Assembly (NCBI GenBank): GCA_041746255.1
Contig: JBGTHM010000019.1
Span: forward strand, 64,001 to 128,000
Length of the DNA: 64,000 nucleotides
Reading direction: 5' to 3'
Source: Fibrobacteria bacterium
Lineage (GTDB): Bacteria; Fibrobacterota; Fibrobacteria; UBA11236
A model generated the notes under the pieces. It was given only the letters and a program-made list of their open reading frames with translations, was not told where the DNA came from and ran no database searches. Position 1 is the stretch's first letter. Every line of letters starts with the position of its first letter. The translations under genes and the position numbers were made by a program. Shown one piece after another: positions 1 to 10,645 of the stretch.

Positions 1-801
1 CGCCTGTACATCCGTCATATTGTATTTATAGCCGAGGTCCACCACATCGTAATGCACGTATCCCGAATCAGAAAAGCGCCGCCAGGCATCCTGAGTCATG
101 CCATGCAATGCCAGTCGTTTGATTTTATCGGCTAGCTCGGGATCGGCGGTACATATCATGCCGCCTTCGCCCGTGGTCAGATTCTTGGTGGCGTAGAAGC
201 TGAAACATCCGATATCGCCGAAGGTGCCTGCACCTTGTCCGTTTCCGGTGGTTTCGATGGCATGGGCGCAATCTTCGATGACGCGAAGCCGGTGTTGCCT
301 TGCCAGGGCCATGATGCCTTCCATATCGCAAAGACGTCCTGCGAAGTGAACCGGTATAATGGCCCTGGTGCGGGGTGTAATTTTCCCCATCACCGCCCGG
401 GGTGATAGGTTCAGTGTTTCTGGGTCACAATCGGCCAGCACAGGGACGGCTCCGGCATGAAGTATGGCATTCACGGTTGCGCAAAAGGTCATGGGTGTGG
501 TAATGACTTCATCACCGGGCCCGATTCCCAATGCCAGAATGGAAAGGTGAAGGGCGGCCGTGCAGGAATTGACGGCTACGGCATGAGGCATATGCTTATA
601 TTGCGCGAAATCGTTTTCAAAGCGCTTCACCTTGGGACCGGTGCCTAGCCAGCGGCGACGGAGCGAATCAATTACCTCCTCAATATCTTCTTCTTCGATT
701 TGCGGCGCCCCGAAAACCAGAAAACCCTCCCGATTGCGTGTGGGTTTACCCCCCAACAAAGCCGGGATGGAGTTTCTGCTGTCTTTTTTCTTGGAGGCCA
801 T
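1..801 (-). CDS. DegT/DnrJ/EryC1/StrS family PLP-dependent sugar aminotransferase (runs off the left edge)
   Basis: Not in the ORF track. Manual translation from ATG at 801 gives MASKKKDSRN...WLGTGPKVKRFE...GCFSFYATKNLTTGEGGM, containing the family's PLP-lysine motif. Confidence 0.92.
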   Translation of the reverse strand, partial: MASKKKDSRNSIPALLGGKPTRNREGFLVFGAPQIEEEDIEEVIDSLRRRWLGTGPKVKRFENDFAQYKHMPHAVAVNSCTAALHLSILALGIGPGDEVITTPMTFCATVNAILHAGAVPVLADCDPETLNLSPRAVMGKITPRTRAIIPVHFAGRLCDMEGIMALARQHRLRVIEDCAHAIETTGNGQGAGTFGDIGCFSFYATKNLTTGEGGMICTADPELADKIKRLALHGMTQDAWRRFSDSGYVHYDVVDLGYKYNMTDVQA

Positions 802-865
802 CAGCTGCAATAATTGTACATAGGGATGGCGGGCGTGACTATGTCGGAATGGATTCTTTATAAAC

Positions 866-2503
866 ATGAGTGATTTTGCGGGATTTATCGGAATCGGGAC
901 CCGGCCTTTGGATTCTGAGGTTACGCTCCGTTCCCTGCTCGAGCTTCTGAGCTGTGCTCCGGAGTCGCCTCCTTTTCTGCACGTGGAAGGGGATTCGGCG
1001 GTCGGCTATCGGTTGGGGAATGTTCCCATTTGCCAAATCGAACAGGAAGGCCTTCGCGTCTGGGCGATTGGGACTGCAAACCAGGAAGCACCTGACCTGC
1101 CCTTACGGATTCTACTTATTGCCAAGCAGGAAAATTGGTCGGTACTGGCAAATTTGCGCGGAACTTTTATGGCCGTGGTAGAAGATGCACCGAGGCGGAA
1201 ATGGCATCTAATCAGCGATTCCTTCGGTCTGCGCTTCCTGTATTATGCCCGGCACGGCAAGGGGCTGGTTTTTGCCAGCGAGGTAAAGGCGTTTCTTGGG
1301 ATGAAGGGATTCGCCGCAAAAGTCCATTCCGATGCCTTGCCCCATTTCCTACAACACGGCTTTCACAATGATGACGCCACTTGGCTTGAAGGAGTGCGCT
1401 TGTTGGAGGCGGCTACGGTGCTGACTTTCGATTTGGTAATTGGGTCCCTAAATACCCAAAAATATTGGGAATGGGATGAGGTGCCGCAATCATCGGAAAG
1501 CTTTGAGGAATGCTCACGGGAATTGGGCAGGATTTTCCGGCAAGCTGTTTCCCATAGCTGTTCGTTCGGAAAACGTCCAGGATTGACCTTGAGTGGCGGT
1601 CTTGATTCGCGCGCCCTGCTTGCCGCCATGCCCGAAGGAGACATCGCTACGGTGACTTTTGGAAAACACGAATGCGCGGATATTCGATTGGCCCGCGCGG
1701 CAGCTCGCCTTAAGGGCGCGTCTCATCATGTAATGGAGATTGGGCCCCAAAACTGGCTTACACCTCGTATGGAAGCTGTTTGGAGATCGGACGGGCATAT
1801 TACACTTCGGGATTTACACGGTGTGGAGTCGCTTCCCCTGGTGGCCAATGAAATGGATGTCTGTCTCAATGGATTTTTAGGGGATGCTATACTCGGAGGC
1901 ACTTATCTGAACTCCCGATCCGGAAGCCAGGAGGAGCTTTTTAAGCAACGCGGTCGTCGATTTATTCTACAGGCTGTTCGGCTCACCGAAAGGCATTGCC
2001 AGGTGGAGCTGCCTTTTTTTGACTATGACCTTATCCGTTTCACCTTGTCTTTGCCAGTAGAATGGCGAGCTGAATCATGCATCTATCGTGATATGCTCTT
2101 ACGCGAATTCCCGCTATTTTTCCGGACCCTGCCATGGCAGAAAACCGGCCTTCCCATAAGCACGCCCCGCGCAGTGGAGAAGGCCCACTCCTTCATGAGG
2201 CGCGGCTGGGGGAAAGCCCTACGCGGTACCAGACGGATTTTTCCGAGTGTGGATGGAAATCCCGACTTTACGGACTACGCGCTATGGCTGCGAAGCGAAC
2301 CGACAATAATTCTGCTCCCGAAACTCCTATTGGATAAAAGCAGCTTGTTGGGGGACTTGATGGATATGCATCCGGTGCGTCAGGAGTGGGAGAGACATCT
2401 GGCAGGAGAGGACTTTGCAGGTAGGCTTTGCGCCTTGATGACAGCGGAGCTATGGTTGCAACAGGCATTTACGGGGAAATTTCGTTCAGGCTTTTCCAGC
2501 TGA
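866..2503 (+). CDS. Asparagine synthase-related (AsnB-like) amidotransferase
   Basis: DSFGLRFLYY, FASEVKA, PP-loop LSGGLDSR and LPFFDYDL motifs; the N-terminal Cys is absent. Confidence 0.85.
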   Translation: MSDFAGFIGIGTRPLDSEVTLRSLLELLSCAPESPPFLHVEGDSAVGYRLGNVPICQIEQEGLRVWAIGTANQEAPDLPLRILLIAKQENWSVLANLRGTFMAVVEDAPRRKWHLISDSFGLRFLYYARHGKGLVFASEVKAFLGMKGFAAKVHSDALPHFLQHGFHNDDATWLEGVRLLEAATVLTFDLVIGSLNTQKYWEWDEVPQSSESFEECSRELGRIFRQAVSHSCSFGKRPGLTLSGGLDSRALLAAMPEGDIATVTFGKHECADIRLARAAARLKGASHHVMEIGPQNWLTPRMEAVWRSDGHITLRDLHGVESLPLVANEMDVCLNGFLGDAILGGTYLNSRSGSQEELFKQRGRRFILQAVRLTERHCQVELPFFDYDLIRFTLSLPVEWRAESCIYRDMLLREFPLFFRTLPWQKTGLPISTPRAVEKAHSFMRRGWGKALRGTRRIFPSVDGNPDFTDYALWLRSEPTIILLPKLLLDKSSLLGDLMDMHPVRQEWERHLAGEDFAGRLCALMTAELWLQQAFTGKFRSGFSS

Positions 2504-2515
2504 ATCAATTCCGTC

Positions 2516-4000
2516 TTAATCCTTTTTCACGATACCGCCGGATCGAGCCAATTGCCACATTTTGCCCAACATGGCCGGAAAAAAAAGCCGCATGCCACCG
2601 GCATAAATGAGGAATCCTAAACCCGTCATCGATACCAAGCGGACAAGCGGCTTATCCGGAATAAAACTCGTTGCTAAAGTGATGGACGCGGCCATGATCC
2701 CCGCCACCAAGAAAGCGGGAGTAATTTTAATGAAAAATTCTCCAGGAAGCATGCCAATCAAGCGAAAGCGTACCCAGAAATCCAACGGCCAAAGTAGGGT
2801 TACGCAGGCGATTACCAGTCCCCAGGCCACGCCAATAAGGCCCCAATTTTTGCCGATGACCACGGCGCCGGAATAGACCACCAACGCTAAAATATTGAAT
2901 AGAAAAGCCCAGTCCACCCTACCCTTGGCCAAAAGTAGTGAACCAATGGGATTGCCAATGCCAATAATCATTCCGAGCAAACACAGTACTTGCAAGGGAA
3001 CGATTGCTTCGTTCCAGCCGGGACCAAGAAAGAGCGGGATCAAAAACGGAGCGGTGGCGATAAGGCCGAAGTAAAGTGGAGTGGTTATAAATGCAATGGC
3101 TTCGATGGCTTCCAAATAGCCTCGGCGAATGCGCTCATCGTCTTGCTGGATGCGTGAGAATACGGGAAAGGCGACACGTGTGATAATCGGGTTAAGGAGC
3201 ATAATCGGGCGTAAAACGATTTGATAGGCGATATTGTAATGGCCCAGCATTTGGACTCCCAGGAGCTTGCCAATTAGCAATTTATCGGTCTGTCCGCGCA
3301 GAAATCCGATACCTCGCTCGCCCAACTGATAAGAAACGAAGCCCAAATAGGGTTTGACATGAGACCATTGCCAGCCAAAGCCCGGAACCCAATGGGTAAG
3401 GCCTGTTACTATCCATATTGCGGAACGGATGGTGGTCAAAGCCAAAAGTCCCATAACTAAGGAGAATGTACCCTGTCCGGAAAAGCCAGCACCGATGGCA
3501 ACACATGTCCCAACAACTGCACCCAGCGATTCACCCCAGGCTATGGGCGCGAAGCGCAGGGCCTGCTGGTGCAAAGCGAAAAAGGGCTGCCCAAGCGCGG
3601 TGAGCGGGAAGAGTAACGCTCCCCAGCGAATAATTGGCTTCAACTCTTCGGCATTGAAAAACTCTGCTACTGGGTTGGCCAAAGCATAAGAGAGAAGCCC
3701 CAGCAGCGCGGAGGCCAAAATCGCCGTCCAATAAATGGATGTGAGTTCTTGCGCATCTTTTGTTTGGCGATGGACGAGTGCATTGGAAAGACCCAAATCG
3801 GCCAGGGTCTGGGCCAAACCCAAAACCAGCATGGCCATGGCCGCGAGGCCGAATTGCGCAGGAGAGAGTAGGCGCGCCAGAAAGGCCAGTTGGACCAATT
3901 GCAGAAGGAAGGTCAGGCCGGTAGCGATGGCGCTCCAACGCGCCGCCGAGTAGGCTTGAGACCGAAGTGGACCTGGTGTCACGGTATCGGAAGGCAGCAT
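2516..4000 (-). CDS. wzx: WzxC-type polysaccharide flippase (MOP superfamily)
   Basis: LARLLSPAQFGL, DLGLSNALV and DKLLIGKLLG...LGHYNIAY motifs; multi-TM, 494 aa. Confidence 0.88.
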   Translation of the reverse strand: MLPSDTVTPGPLRSQAYSAARWSAIATGLTFLLQLVQLAFLARLLSPAQFGLAAMAMLVLGLAQTLADLGLSNALVHRQTKDAQELTSIYWTAILASALLGLLSYALANPVAEFFNAEELKPIIRWGALLFPLTALGQPFFALHQQALRFAPIAWGESLGAVVGTCVAIGAGFSGQGTFSLVMGLLALTTIRSAIWIVTGLTHWVPGFGWQWSHVKPYLGFVSYQLGERGIGFLRGQTDKLLIGKLLGVQMLGHYNIAYQIVLRPIMLLNPIITRVAFPVFSRIQQDDERIRRGYLEAIEAIAFITTPLYFGLIATAPFLIPLFLGPGWNEAIVPLQVLCLLGMIIGIGNPIGSLLLAKGRVDWAFLFNILALVVYSGAVVIGKNWGLIGVAWGLVIACVTLLWPLDFWVRFRLIGMLPGEFFIKITPAFLVAGIMAASITLATSFIPDKPLVRLVSMTGLGFLIYAGGMRLFFPAMLGKMWQLARSGGIVKKD

Positions 4001-4131
4001 AGGCTATCGGGTAGTTTGGATTGCCGAGAAGGGATAAAGCCTCGAATAAACTAGAAAATTAGGCCAACTTCGTATTTTGTGTCTGGAACGCATGAAGCCA
4101 GAAGCATGCCTGCCCGATCCCGATATTAACT

Positions 4132-6759
4132 TTGATAGGAATGGATACCGATAATGCTCAAGCCACATCCGGGTGGGTGGTTTTAGGGCCTGTAAGCCTG
4201 GGGTTCAGCTTTTCTTTATTTCTCAGTCAGTCCCTTTCGAGGGGTGACTTTTCGGGAATTGCCCATACCCCTTTTTTAATCCAGGTGCTTTTAGGAACGA
4301 CATTGATGTTTTGGGGATTGCATCTCCTTCGTTCCGCCGCTATCCGATACGCTTCCGGATTGCTCGGGAAAAAGGCATTTGTGCGTTACCAAAGATGCGA
4401 GATCTATACTTACCTGGTATTCTCTTTGCCATTACTCGGTTACATCGGGGTGCTTCCATCCATTTTACTTTTCTGGGTAACGACTGCTTTCTATCTGATT
4501 CTGCAATTGGCTTTGATCGCCTTTTCCTCGAAAAGTACCGGAAGCACTGCGGTCACTCCCAGTGGAAAATTCGCCTTGCTCTTTCTCATCTCAGGCGCTT
4601 CCTCACTGATGTATCAAATCGTCTGGCAACGTGTCCTTTTCGCCGCCTATGGCATCAACATCGAAACGGTAACCTTGATAGTTTCGGTATTCATGTTCGG
4701 ATTGGGAATCGGCGCTCTATTGGGGGGTTACCTCTCTCAAAAATTCGAAAGGAAACTTGTTCTTCTTTTCATCCTATGCGAAGTATCCATCGGGCTCTTT
4801 GGTATTATCAGTATTCCCCTCCTCAAAACCGTGGCGGCCGGAACCGTGCACTATTCCCTCGTGCAAACCATTCCGGCGCTTTTCTTCCTTCTATGCGTCC
4901 CAACCATTTTCATGGGCGCCACCCTGCCTATTTTGACCGCTCATTTCCATGGCTATTTCAAAAACGTCGGCAAGTCGGTGGGAGTCCTTTATTTCTGCAA
5001 TACGCTGGGTGCCGCGACGGCATGTATCCTTACCGTGGACATCTTCTTTTTATTTTTCGGACAGAATCAAACCATACTTATCGCGGTGATTTTGAATTTA
5101 ATGATAGCAGTGCTTGCCTGGCTTTGGGGAGGAAGCCAAAAAGCCGGTACCAGTCCAGAACACGTTAAAGTCTCACAAATGGTACCGGTTCGCCCGCTTT
5201 CTTATGCGCTGATCCTAGCTTTATCCATGACCGCAGGGTTCATCTCCCTTAGCCAGGAAATCTTGTGGGTGCGCTTCGTTTCCTATATGTCGCAATCCCG
5301 GCCCCACGTTTTCGCGCATGTGCTGGGGTTTTTCTTATTGGGCATCAGTATGGGCGCCAAGTATGCGGAAAGGCTTTCGATTCAGAGCGCACTCCGCCCC
5401 ATAGTCCACATTGGTAAAATCTATGCGGTCAACGGCCTGCTTTTCCCCATCGGTTTTTTCGTCATCGGAGAAGCTGCCCAGTTTGATAAAACCTATGCGA
5501 TGGGCTTGGCTTATACTTTTATTTTCATAAACGCTTTTTTGACGGGACAAATTTTTCCGTTGTTGTGTCACTTTGGAATCAATAGGGAGATCCACGTAGG
5601 CGCTCCCGTCTCGCGGATTTATTTGGCAAATATCATCGGTTCCACCATAGGCCCATTGCTTATGGGATTTTTCCTCCTGCAATATTTTTCCTTAAAGATG
5701 AACATTCTACTCATGGGTTGGTTAGGCTTGCTGCTTAGCGGATCCTTGATGCTCCATGCCCCAGGTTTAAAGGGGCGGATATGGAGAATGGGCGGTGTCG
5801 CGGTACTTTCCGGGTTATGCTTGGTCGCGGTTGGAGAGGGAATGCGAAATGTGCTCGAAAAGGTGCATTTCGGTTCGGACTTTTCACTCAAGGGCCCTTA
5901 CAAGTATCTTCATGAGAACCGCAGCGGAATAATTGCCGTGAATTCGAACGAGAGCGGAGACATAATTTATGGCGGGGGAGCGTATGACGGGCACTTCGCC
6001 AACTCCATCCGAGAAGATTCGAATGGGATTGCCCGCACCTATATGGTGGCGGCAATTCATCCGGATCCCAAAAAAGTTTTGGTGATGGGATTGGCCAGCG
6101 GATCTTGGGTATGGGTATTGAGCCAATACGAAAAAATTGAAAGACTCACAGTAGTGGAAATCAACCCTGGGTATGCGGGAATTGTTTCCCGATATCCACC
6201 GTATAACGAGATATTGAACCATCCCAAGGTGCACCTCCACTTTACCGATATCCGTCGTTGGCTTTTGCGCCATCCCGACGAAAAATTCGATCTAATCGTC
6301 GCCAATGTAACCCACAACTGGAGAAGTAACACCACATCTCTTTTGTCCGCCGAGTTTTTACGTGTATCCAAAGATCATTTGAACCCGGGTGGCGTTCTTT
6401 ATTATAACTCCACAGGCTCAGAGCATGTACCTCACACGGCGGCTCGAAATTTTAAGCACGTGACAACCTACTCGAATTTTGTGGCCGCCAGCGACCACCC
6501 CTTCAGCCTGTCTGAAGAGCATAAGAGGAAGAATCTGAGCTTGTTTACTCGTGACGAACAACCTCTATTGGATACCACTGATACCGCTATAGCGTCCATC
6601 GTCCAGGCGATGGCTAGCCACCCGCTTGACGACCAGGTTAAGGAGTGGCTGCTGCGAACCGATCTACGCGAGATCACCGATGCCAATATGTTGACTGAAT
6701 TCAGGATGACCCGGTTGAGTTGGTTCAATCGCCGTTTGGCGTGGAGGCGGGGTTGGTAA
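4132..6759 (+). CDS. Fused membrane (MFS-like) / spermidine synthase-like SAM-binding protein
   Basis: SGASSLMYQIVWQR and FMGATLP membrane repeats; C-terminal VLVMGLASG, VEIN and LNPGG motifs. Start may be ATG 4141. Confidence 0.85.
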   Translation: MIGMDTDNAQATSGWVVLGPVSLGFSFSLFLSQSLSRGDFSGIAHTPFLIQVLLGTTLMFWGLHLLRSAAIRYASGLLGKKAFVRYQRCEIYTYLVFSLPLLGYIGVLPSILLFWVTTAFYLILQLALIAFSSKSTGSTAVTPSGKFALLFLISGASSLMYQIVWQRVLFAAYGINIETVTLIVSVFMFGLGIGALLGGYLSQKFERKLVLLFILCEVSIGLFGIISIPLLKTVAAGTVHYSLVQTIPALFFLLCVPTIFMGATLPILTAHFHGYFKNVGKSVGVLYFCNTLGAATACILTVDIFFLFFGQNQTILIAVILNLMIAVLAWLWGGSQKAGTSPEHVKVSQMVPVRPLSYALILALSMTAGFISLSQEILWVRFVSYMSQSRPHVFAHVLGFFLLGISMGAKYAERLSIQSALRPIVHIGKIYAVNGLLFPIGFFVIGEAAQFDKTYAMGLAYTFIFINAFLTGQIFPLLCHFGINREIHVGAPVSRIYLANIIGSTIGPLLMGFFLLQYFSLKMNILLMGWLGLLLSGSLMLHAPGLKGRIWRMGGVAVLSGLCLVAVGEGMRNVLEKVHFGSDFSLKGPYKYLHENRSGIIAVNSNESGDIIYGGGAYDGHFANSIREDSNGIARTYMVAAIHPDPKKVLVMGLASGSWVWVLSQYEKIERLTVVEINPGYAGIVSRYPPYNEILNHPKVHLHFTDIRRWLLRHPDEKFDLIVANVTHNWRSNTTSLLSAEFLRVSKDHLNPGGVLYYNSTGSEHVPHTAARNFKHVTTYSNFVAASDHPFSLSEEHKRKNLSLFTRDEQPLLDTTDTAIASIVQAMASHPLDDQVKEWLLRTDLREITDANMLTEFRMTRLSWFNRRLAWRRGW

Positions 6760-7177
6760 TGCCAAGGAATTGAAATAAACCTGAGTTCAGAGGTCCTGGA
6801 CGAAAAGTGAATGGATGGAGAATACCCAAACTGAAATTCGGTCCATTACGACGGGTGTATCGATTCTTGAAAAAGGTGTCACAAAGTCAGAGTAGATGCT
6901 CGTTTTAAACCTATGCATATGGGTCCAAATGCTACTTGGCGCATGGATTTATTTGAGGACGACCTGAGCATTGAAACCATTGCAGGAAAGCATGGTTCTC
7001 GGAGCGATGGAAAAGAATTTACAGCTAGTAGCGGCCCCAACGTCTTCTAAGTGATAGATCACTTGCCAGGGCCTGTTCGCTTAACCATAATATAGGATGA
7101 ATTTCTAATTTAAATTTGAAACGAAAATGTCCCCACTCAGTGTTTAATCAACTTTTAAGGCAGATAAATAGATACGT

Positions 7178-8329
7178 ATGAATAAAAAACCAGAAGTATT
7201 ATTGCCAGTCCTCACCAATCTGGCAACTGATTATCGGGTATACAAAATGTCCAAGTCCCTTTCGAATCTTGGATACCAGCCTATTGTTCTATGTGATAAG
7301 CCCAAAAATAAACTGGGGGAAGATTGGCAAGACATCCAGATTAAATTCGTGGTAAATGAATCCCACATGGATGGTTTTTTCAAGATATGGGTAAAATTCA
7401 TAATAAAATTATTCCCTATTTTTTTGCGCACTAAAAGCAAATTGTGGATTGTGGAAGACTGTCCAGCCCTCATGTTAGCTGCATTGATAGGTAGACTCAG
7501 AGGTGTTCAGGTAATTTACGATTCCCATGAAATTTTTCTGGAGACTCCAGAGGTGAAGCGGTCGCCTTTAAAACGGATTTTTTGGAAATTTTGGCACGAT
7601 GGAGGTCTTAAATGGGTCAAAAAAATGATCGTAGTAAGCCCCGATTCAAAAGAATTTTTTGAGAACCAATTTAAACACATTCACTTTTTAATCATGCCGA
7701 ATGTTCCTTTCAGTCCAAATCCTGTGAGTGAACCAAGAATCCCGGGTTCATTTGATAAACATGCAGTGGTATTGATTTTTCAAGGTTATCTCAGAGCCGA
7801 AAACAATTTCAAATCTCTGATAATGGTATTGCAAAAGCATAAAGGGTATCAGCTATTAATAGTTGGAGATGGACATGAAAAAGGAAATATTCAAAATTAT
7901 ATAAATGAAGCTGGGGTTCAAAATCAAGTAAAAATGCCCGGTATATTACCCTTTGGAGACCTTAAAGCCTGGACCGGTCAAGCTAATATTGGAATTCACC
8001 TTGTACGTCCTTGGTCATTGAATATCGATAGAACCTGGCACAATAAAATATTCGATTATATCCATGCGGGTCTTCCCGTATTAATGGGTGACACGGTTGC
8101 TTTGCGAACTCTACTAACAAAGCATAGGGTGGGTATTATTGTAAACCCTGATGATGAAAAAGACATCGAGCGCGGTATTAATGAATTGATTGAAAACTAT
8201 TCGTTTTATCAAGAAAACTGTAGACGGGCAGCTTTGGAATGGAATTGGGATTTCTTTGAAATTTTGTTGGGTGAATTTATTCGCGAAGGCGATGCCTCCA
8301 TTAATGAAATGCGAGTTTCTCCCGAATAG
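7178..8329 (+). CDS. Glycosyltransferase family 4
   Basis: DYRVYK, IYDSHE and NKIFDYIHAGLPV motifs; AT-rich gene. Confidence 0.88.
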   Translation: MNKKPEVLLPVLTNLATDYRVYKMSKSLSNLGYQPIVLCDKPKNKLGEDWQDIQIKFVVNESHMDGFFKIWVKFIIKLFPIFLRTKSKLWIVEDCPALMLAALIGRLRGVQVIYDSHEIFLETPEVKRSPLKRIFWKFWHDGGLKWVKKMIVVSPDSKEFFENQFKHIHFLIMPNVPFSPNPVSEPRIPGSFDKHAVVLIFQGYLRAENNFKSLIMVLQKHKGYQLLIVGDGHEKGNIQNYINEAGVQNQVKMPGILPFGDLKAWTGQANIGIHLVRPWSLNIDRTWHNKIFDYIHAGLPVLMGDTVALRTLLTKHRVGIIVNPDDEKDIERGINELIENYSFYQENCRRAALEWNWDFFEILLGEFIREGDASINEMRVSPE

Positions 8330-8384
8330 GCTGAATTGCAAAGGTATGCGGAAAGTAGTAGATTAGCAGAATGAGGCGAGGCTG

Positions 8385-9164
8385 ATGGATCGAAATCAAC
8401 ATTCTTCCAAACTTGAACGAGAAAAAGAATGGTATAAAAGTAATGGCCGCCTCTCCGACCATCCCCTTAACTCGTCACTTTTTTATTCTTCCGCCCGTAA
8501 CAATTTCAATTATATCTTTCCAAAGAATATCATGGCCAAGTCACTGAACATGGCCCTAAGTGACAAACCTGAATCGAAAATTCTTTTGGCCCCGTTGGGG
8601 AGCGGGGATGACCTTTCCTACTTGAAGGGAAAAGGTCGGAAATTGACCGGTATTGACATATCGCCGGATGCGTTAGGAGAAGTATCTGACCGCGACGTGG
8701 ATAAGCTTGAGGGTGATATGTCGAATATGAACATGTTTCCAGAGGGTAGCTTTGATGTCGTAGTGACGCCATTATTTTTCCATCATTATATTCTCCATGG
8801 CTTCGACCCATTTTCTCATGAGTTGTTCCGTGTACTTAAGCCGGGGGGGACTTTCATTTCATTGGAGCCCAGTCTTTTTAATCCCATTAGCCTATTTGCC
8901 AGAACTGGTAAACGTATATTCGGGAATATAACCGGCCAAGTTGAAGATGAAGGGCCATTCATTCCTCAAAAGTTGGTGAATTCCTTGCGACGTGCAGGAT
9001 TTGTAAAACCCAAAGTATTGGGCGCCGGATTTTGCCATAACAGAATCCCCATCCCATTGGCGCGAGTGTGTAATTCTATTTCAAAACCATTCCTCAACAT
9101 CTTTCCTTTTAACATAATGTGCTGGATGTGTGTTTTCACGGCACGGAAACCATTCAACAACTAG
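8385..9164 (+). CDS. Class I SAM-dependent methyltransferase
   Basis: PLGSG, GIDIS, SFDVV and RVLKPGG motifs. Confidence 0.85.
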   Translation: MDRNQHSSKLEREKEWYKSNGRLSDHPLNSSLFYSSARNNFNYIFPKNIMAKSLNMALSDKPESKILLAPLGSGDDLSYLKGKGRKLTGIDISPDALGEVSDRDVDKLEGDMSNMNMFPEGSFDVVVTPLFFHHYILHGFDPFSHELFRVLKPGGTFISLEPSLFNPISLFARTGKRIFGNITGQVEDEGPFIPQKLVNSLRRAGFVKPKVLGAGFCHNRIPIPLARVCNSISKPFLNIFPFNIMCWMCVFTARKPFNN

Positions 9165-9374
9165 GCTGCTTACCATCCCAGTACAACTCATTGGTATATT
9201 TCGTCGCTAAGCTTCGTGCGGGAAGCTCACCCCGTAAATTCCTTTCGGGGATAGTTGAAAGAGTTCGTTTGCGACCTTTGGATCAGGCTTAACGAGGTCA
9301 TTCATGGACGCTACCGGTGCTTCTTTCCTCGCAAGGCGGTAACCACAACCCACTCGGGGCCTTTTCCCTTGGCA

Positions 9375-10457
9375 TCAAGCGAGAGCCGTACGATAAGATT
9401 CGGCAGTAAGACGTGCCGCTTCGGCCCAAGTATAGCGGCCCCAGAACTCTTCGGGAGGCGGAGGCAAGGGCTTCTCCACCGCATGGACCAAGGCGGACTG
9501 TAACGATTGGATATCGCCCGGTTTGCTATAGTGCGCATGGCGGCCAAGGTATTCGCGGACGAAGCCGCCCTCGGTGGCGACGACTTGCGCGCCTGCCTTA
9601 AGGGCTTCTAAAGCGGAAAGCCCCGTGGTTTCGAAAAAACTCGGTTGTGCGACCACGGCCGCTTCCGAAAACAATTCTATCGCGCGCTCATGGGAAACCA
9701 TTCCCCCGTATTGAATTCGGTCACCGTCCATTAAACCAAAAAATTCGCGTTTATAGGACCGGCCGCCATGCTCAGCGCTTCCAATGAAAATCAGGGAGTA
9801 GTCTTTAATTTTTTCCGCCTCGGCTTGAAAAGCTTTGGCTAGGGCAACTTGGTTTTTATTCGGTTCAATGCGGCCTGCGCAAACGATCAATTTCCGCCGT
9901 TGCTTGGGGGAAATGGGGCCGGTTTCATCCACGCCATTGGGGATTACCGCGAAGGGAGGGCGCACCCAGAGGCCCAGGTCCCGATCCATGGCATCCATTT
10001 CCATCTGGGAGTTGGGCAAAAGGACATCCACTCCCGTTACGACCTCGCGTGCTGCTGCGGTAAAATTCAACGTGCAACGCAAGCTAAAGGCCCTACCACC
10101 AAAAAGGGAATAGTAGACATCGCGAGCAGCGAAATACCGCTCCAGGGGAAAATTTCGAAGTCCAAACCGCCTGGAATAGAGAAGGCGTAAATCCGGGTAA
10201 GGATGCCAAATGGAAGACAGGACGATTTTTTTCCCCGCCTGCTTGGCGCGTTTGAACGTCACATAGGTGTCGGCGAGGTGGTTGAGATTAAAAAGGTGAA
10301 TGATATCGAAGCGGGCTAGCGGGGTGGAGCGGTCCGTCACTTCTACGTGAAAGCCAAGGGCCTCCAGCCCCGAACGGGTTTTCTCCAATTGAACCCAATC
10401 ACCATGGGCTTTACGATTTCGTACCGGGTGATTGAACATTAAGATATTTGCGGCCAT
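9375..10457 (-). CDS. Glycosyltransferase family 4
   Basis: IPNGVD, GRIEPNKNQ and PSFFETTGLSALEA motifs. Confidence 0.9.
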   Translation of the reverse strand: MAANILMFNHPVRNRKAHGDWVQLEKTRSGLEALGFHVEVTDRSTPLARFDIIHLFNLNHLADTYVTFKRAKQAGKKIVLSSIWHPYPDLRLLYSRRFGLRNFPLERYFAARDVYYSLFGGRAFSLRCTLNFTAAAREVVTGVDVLLPNSQMEMDAMDRDLGLWVRPPFAVIPNGVDETGPISPKQRRKLIVCAGRIEPNKNQVALAKAFQAEAEKIKDYSLIFIGSAEHGGRSYKREFFGLMDGDRIQYGGMVSHERAIELFSEAAVVAQPSFFETTGLSALEALKAGAQVVATEGGFVREYLGRHAHYSKPGDIQSLQSALVHAVEKPLPPPPEEFWGRYTWAEAARLTAESYRTALA

Positions 10458-10645
10458 GTGACGAGTAATTTAGAATACCACGGTGAATTAGGCCGGAAAA
10501 AGAAGTCCCAATTATTTTGGATTTATGGTTATTTAAAGAGCTGGAGACGGGAATTCGAATAAAAGAGTTCTTATCTTGGGTTCGTGCAGTTTCAACTAAA
10601 CTATTTCTGAATGCTTTTTAAAAATAAATACAATGGTTCAAGAGC

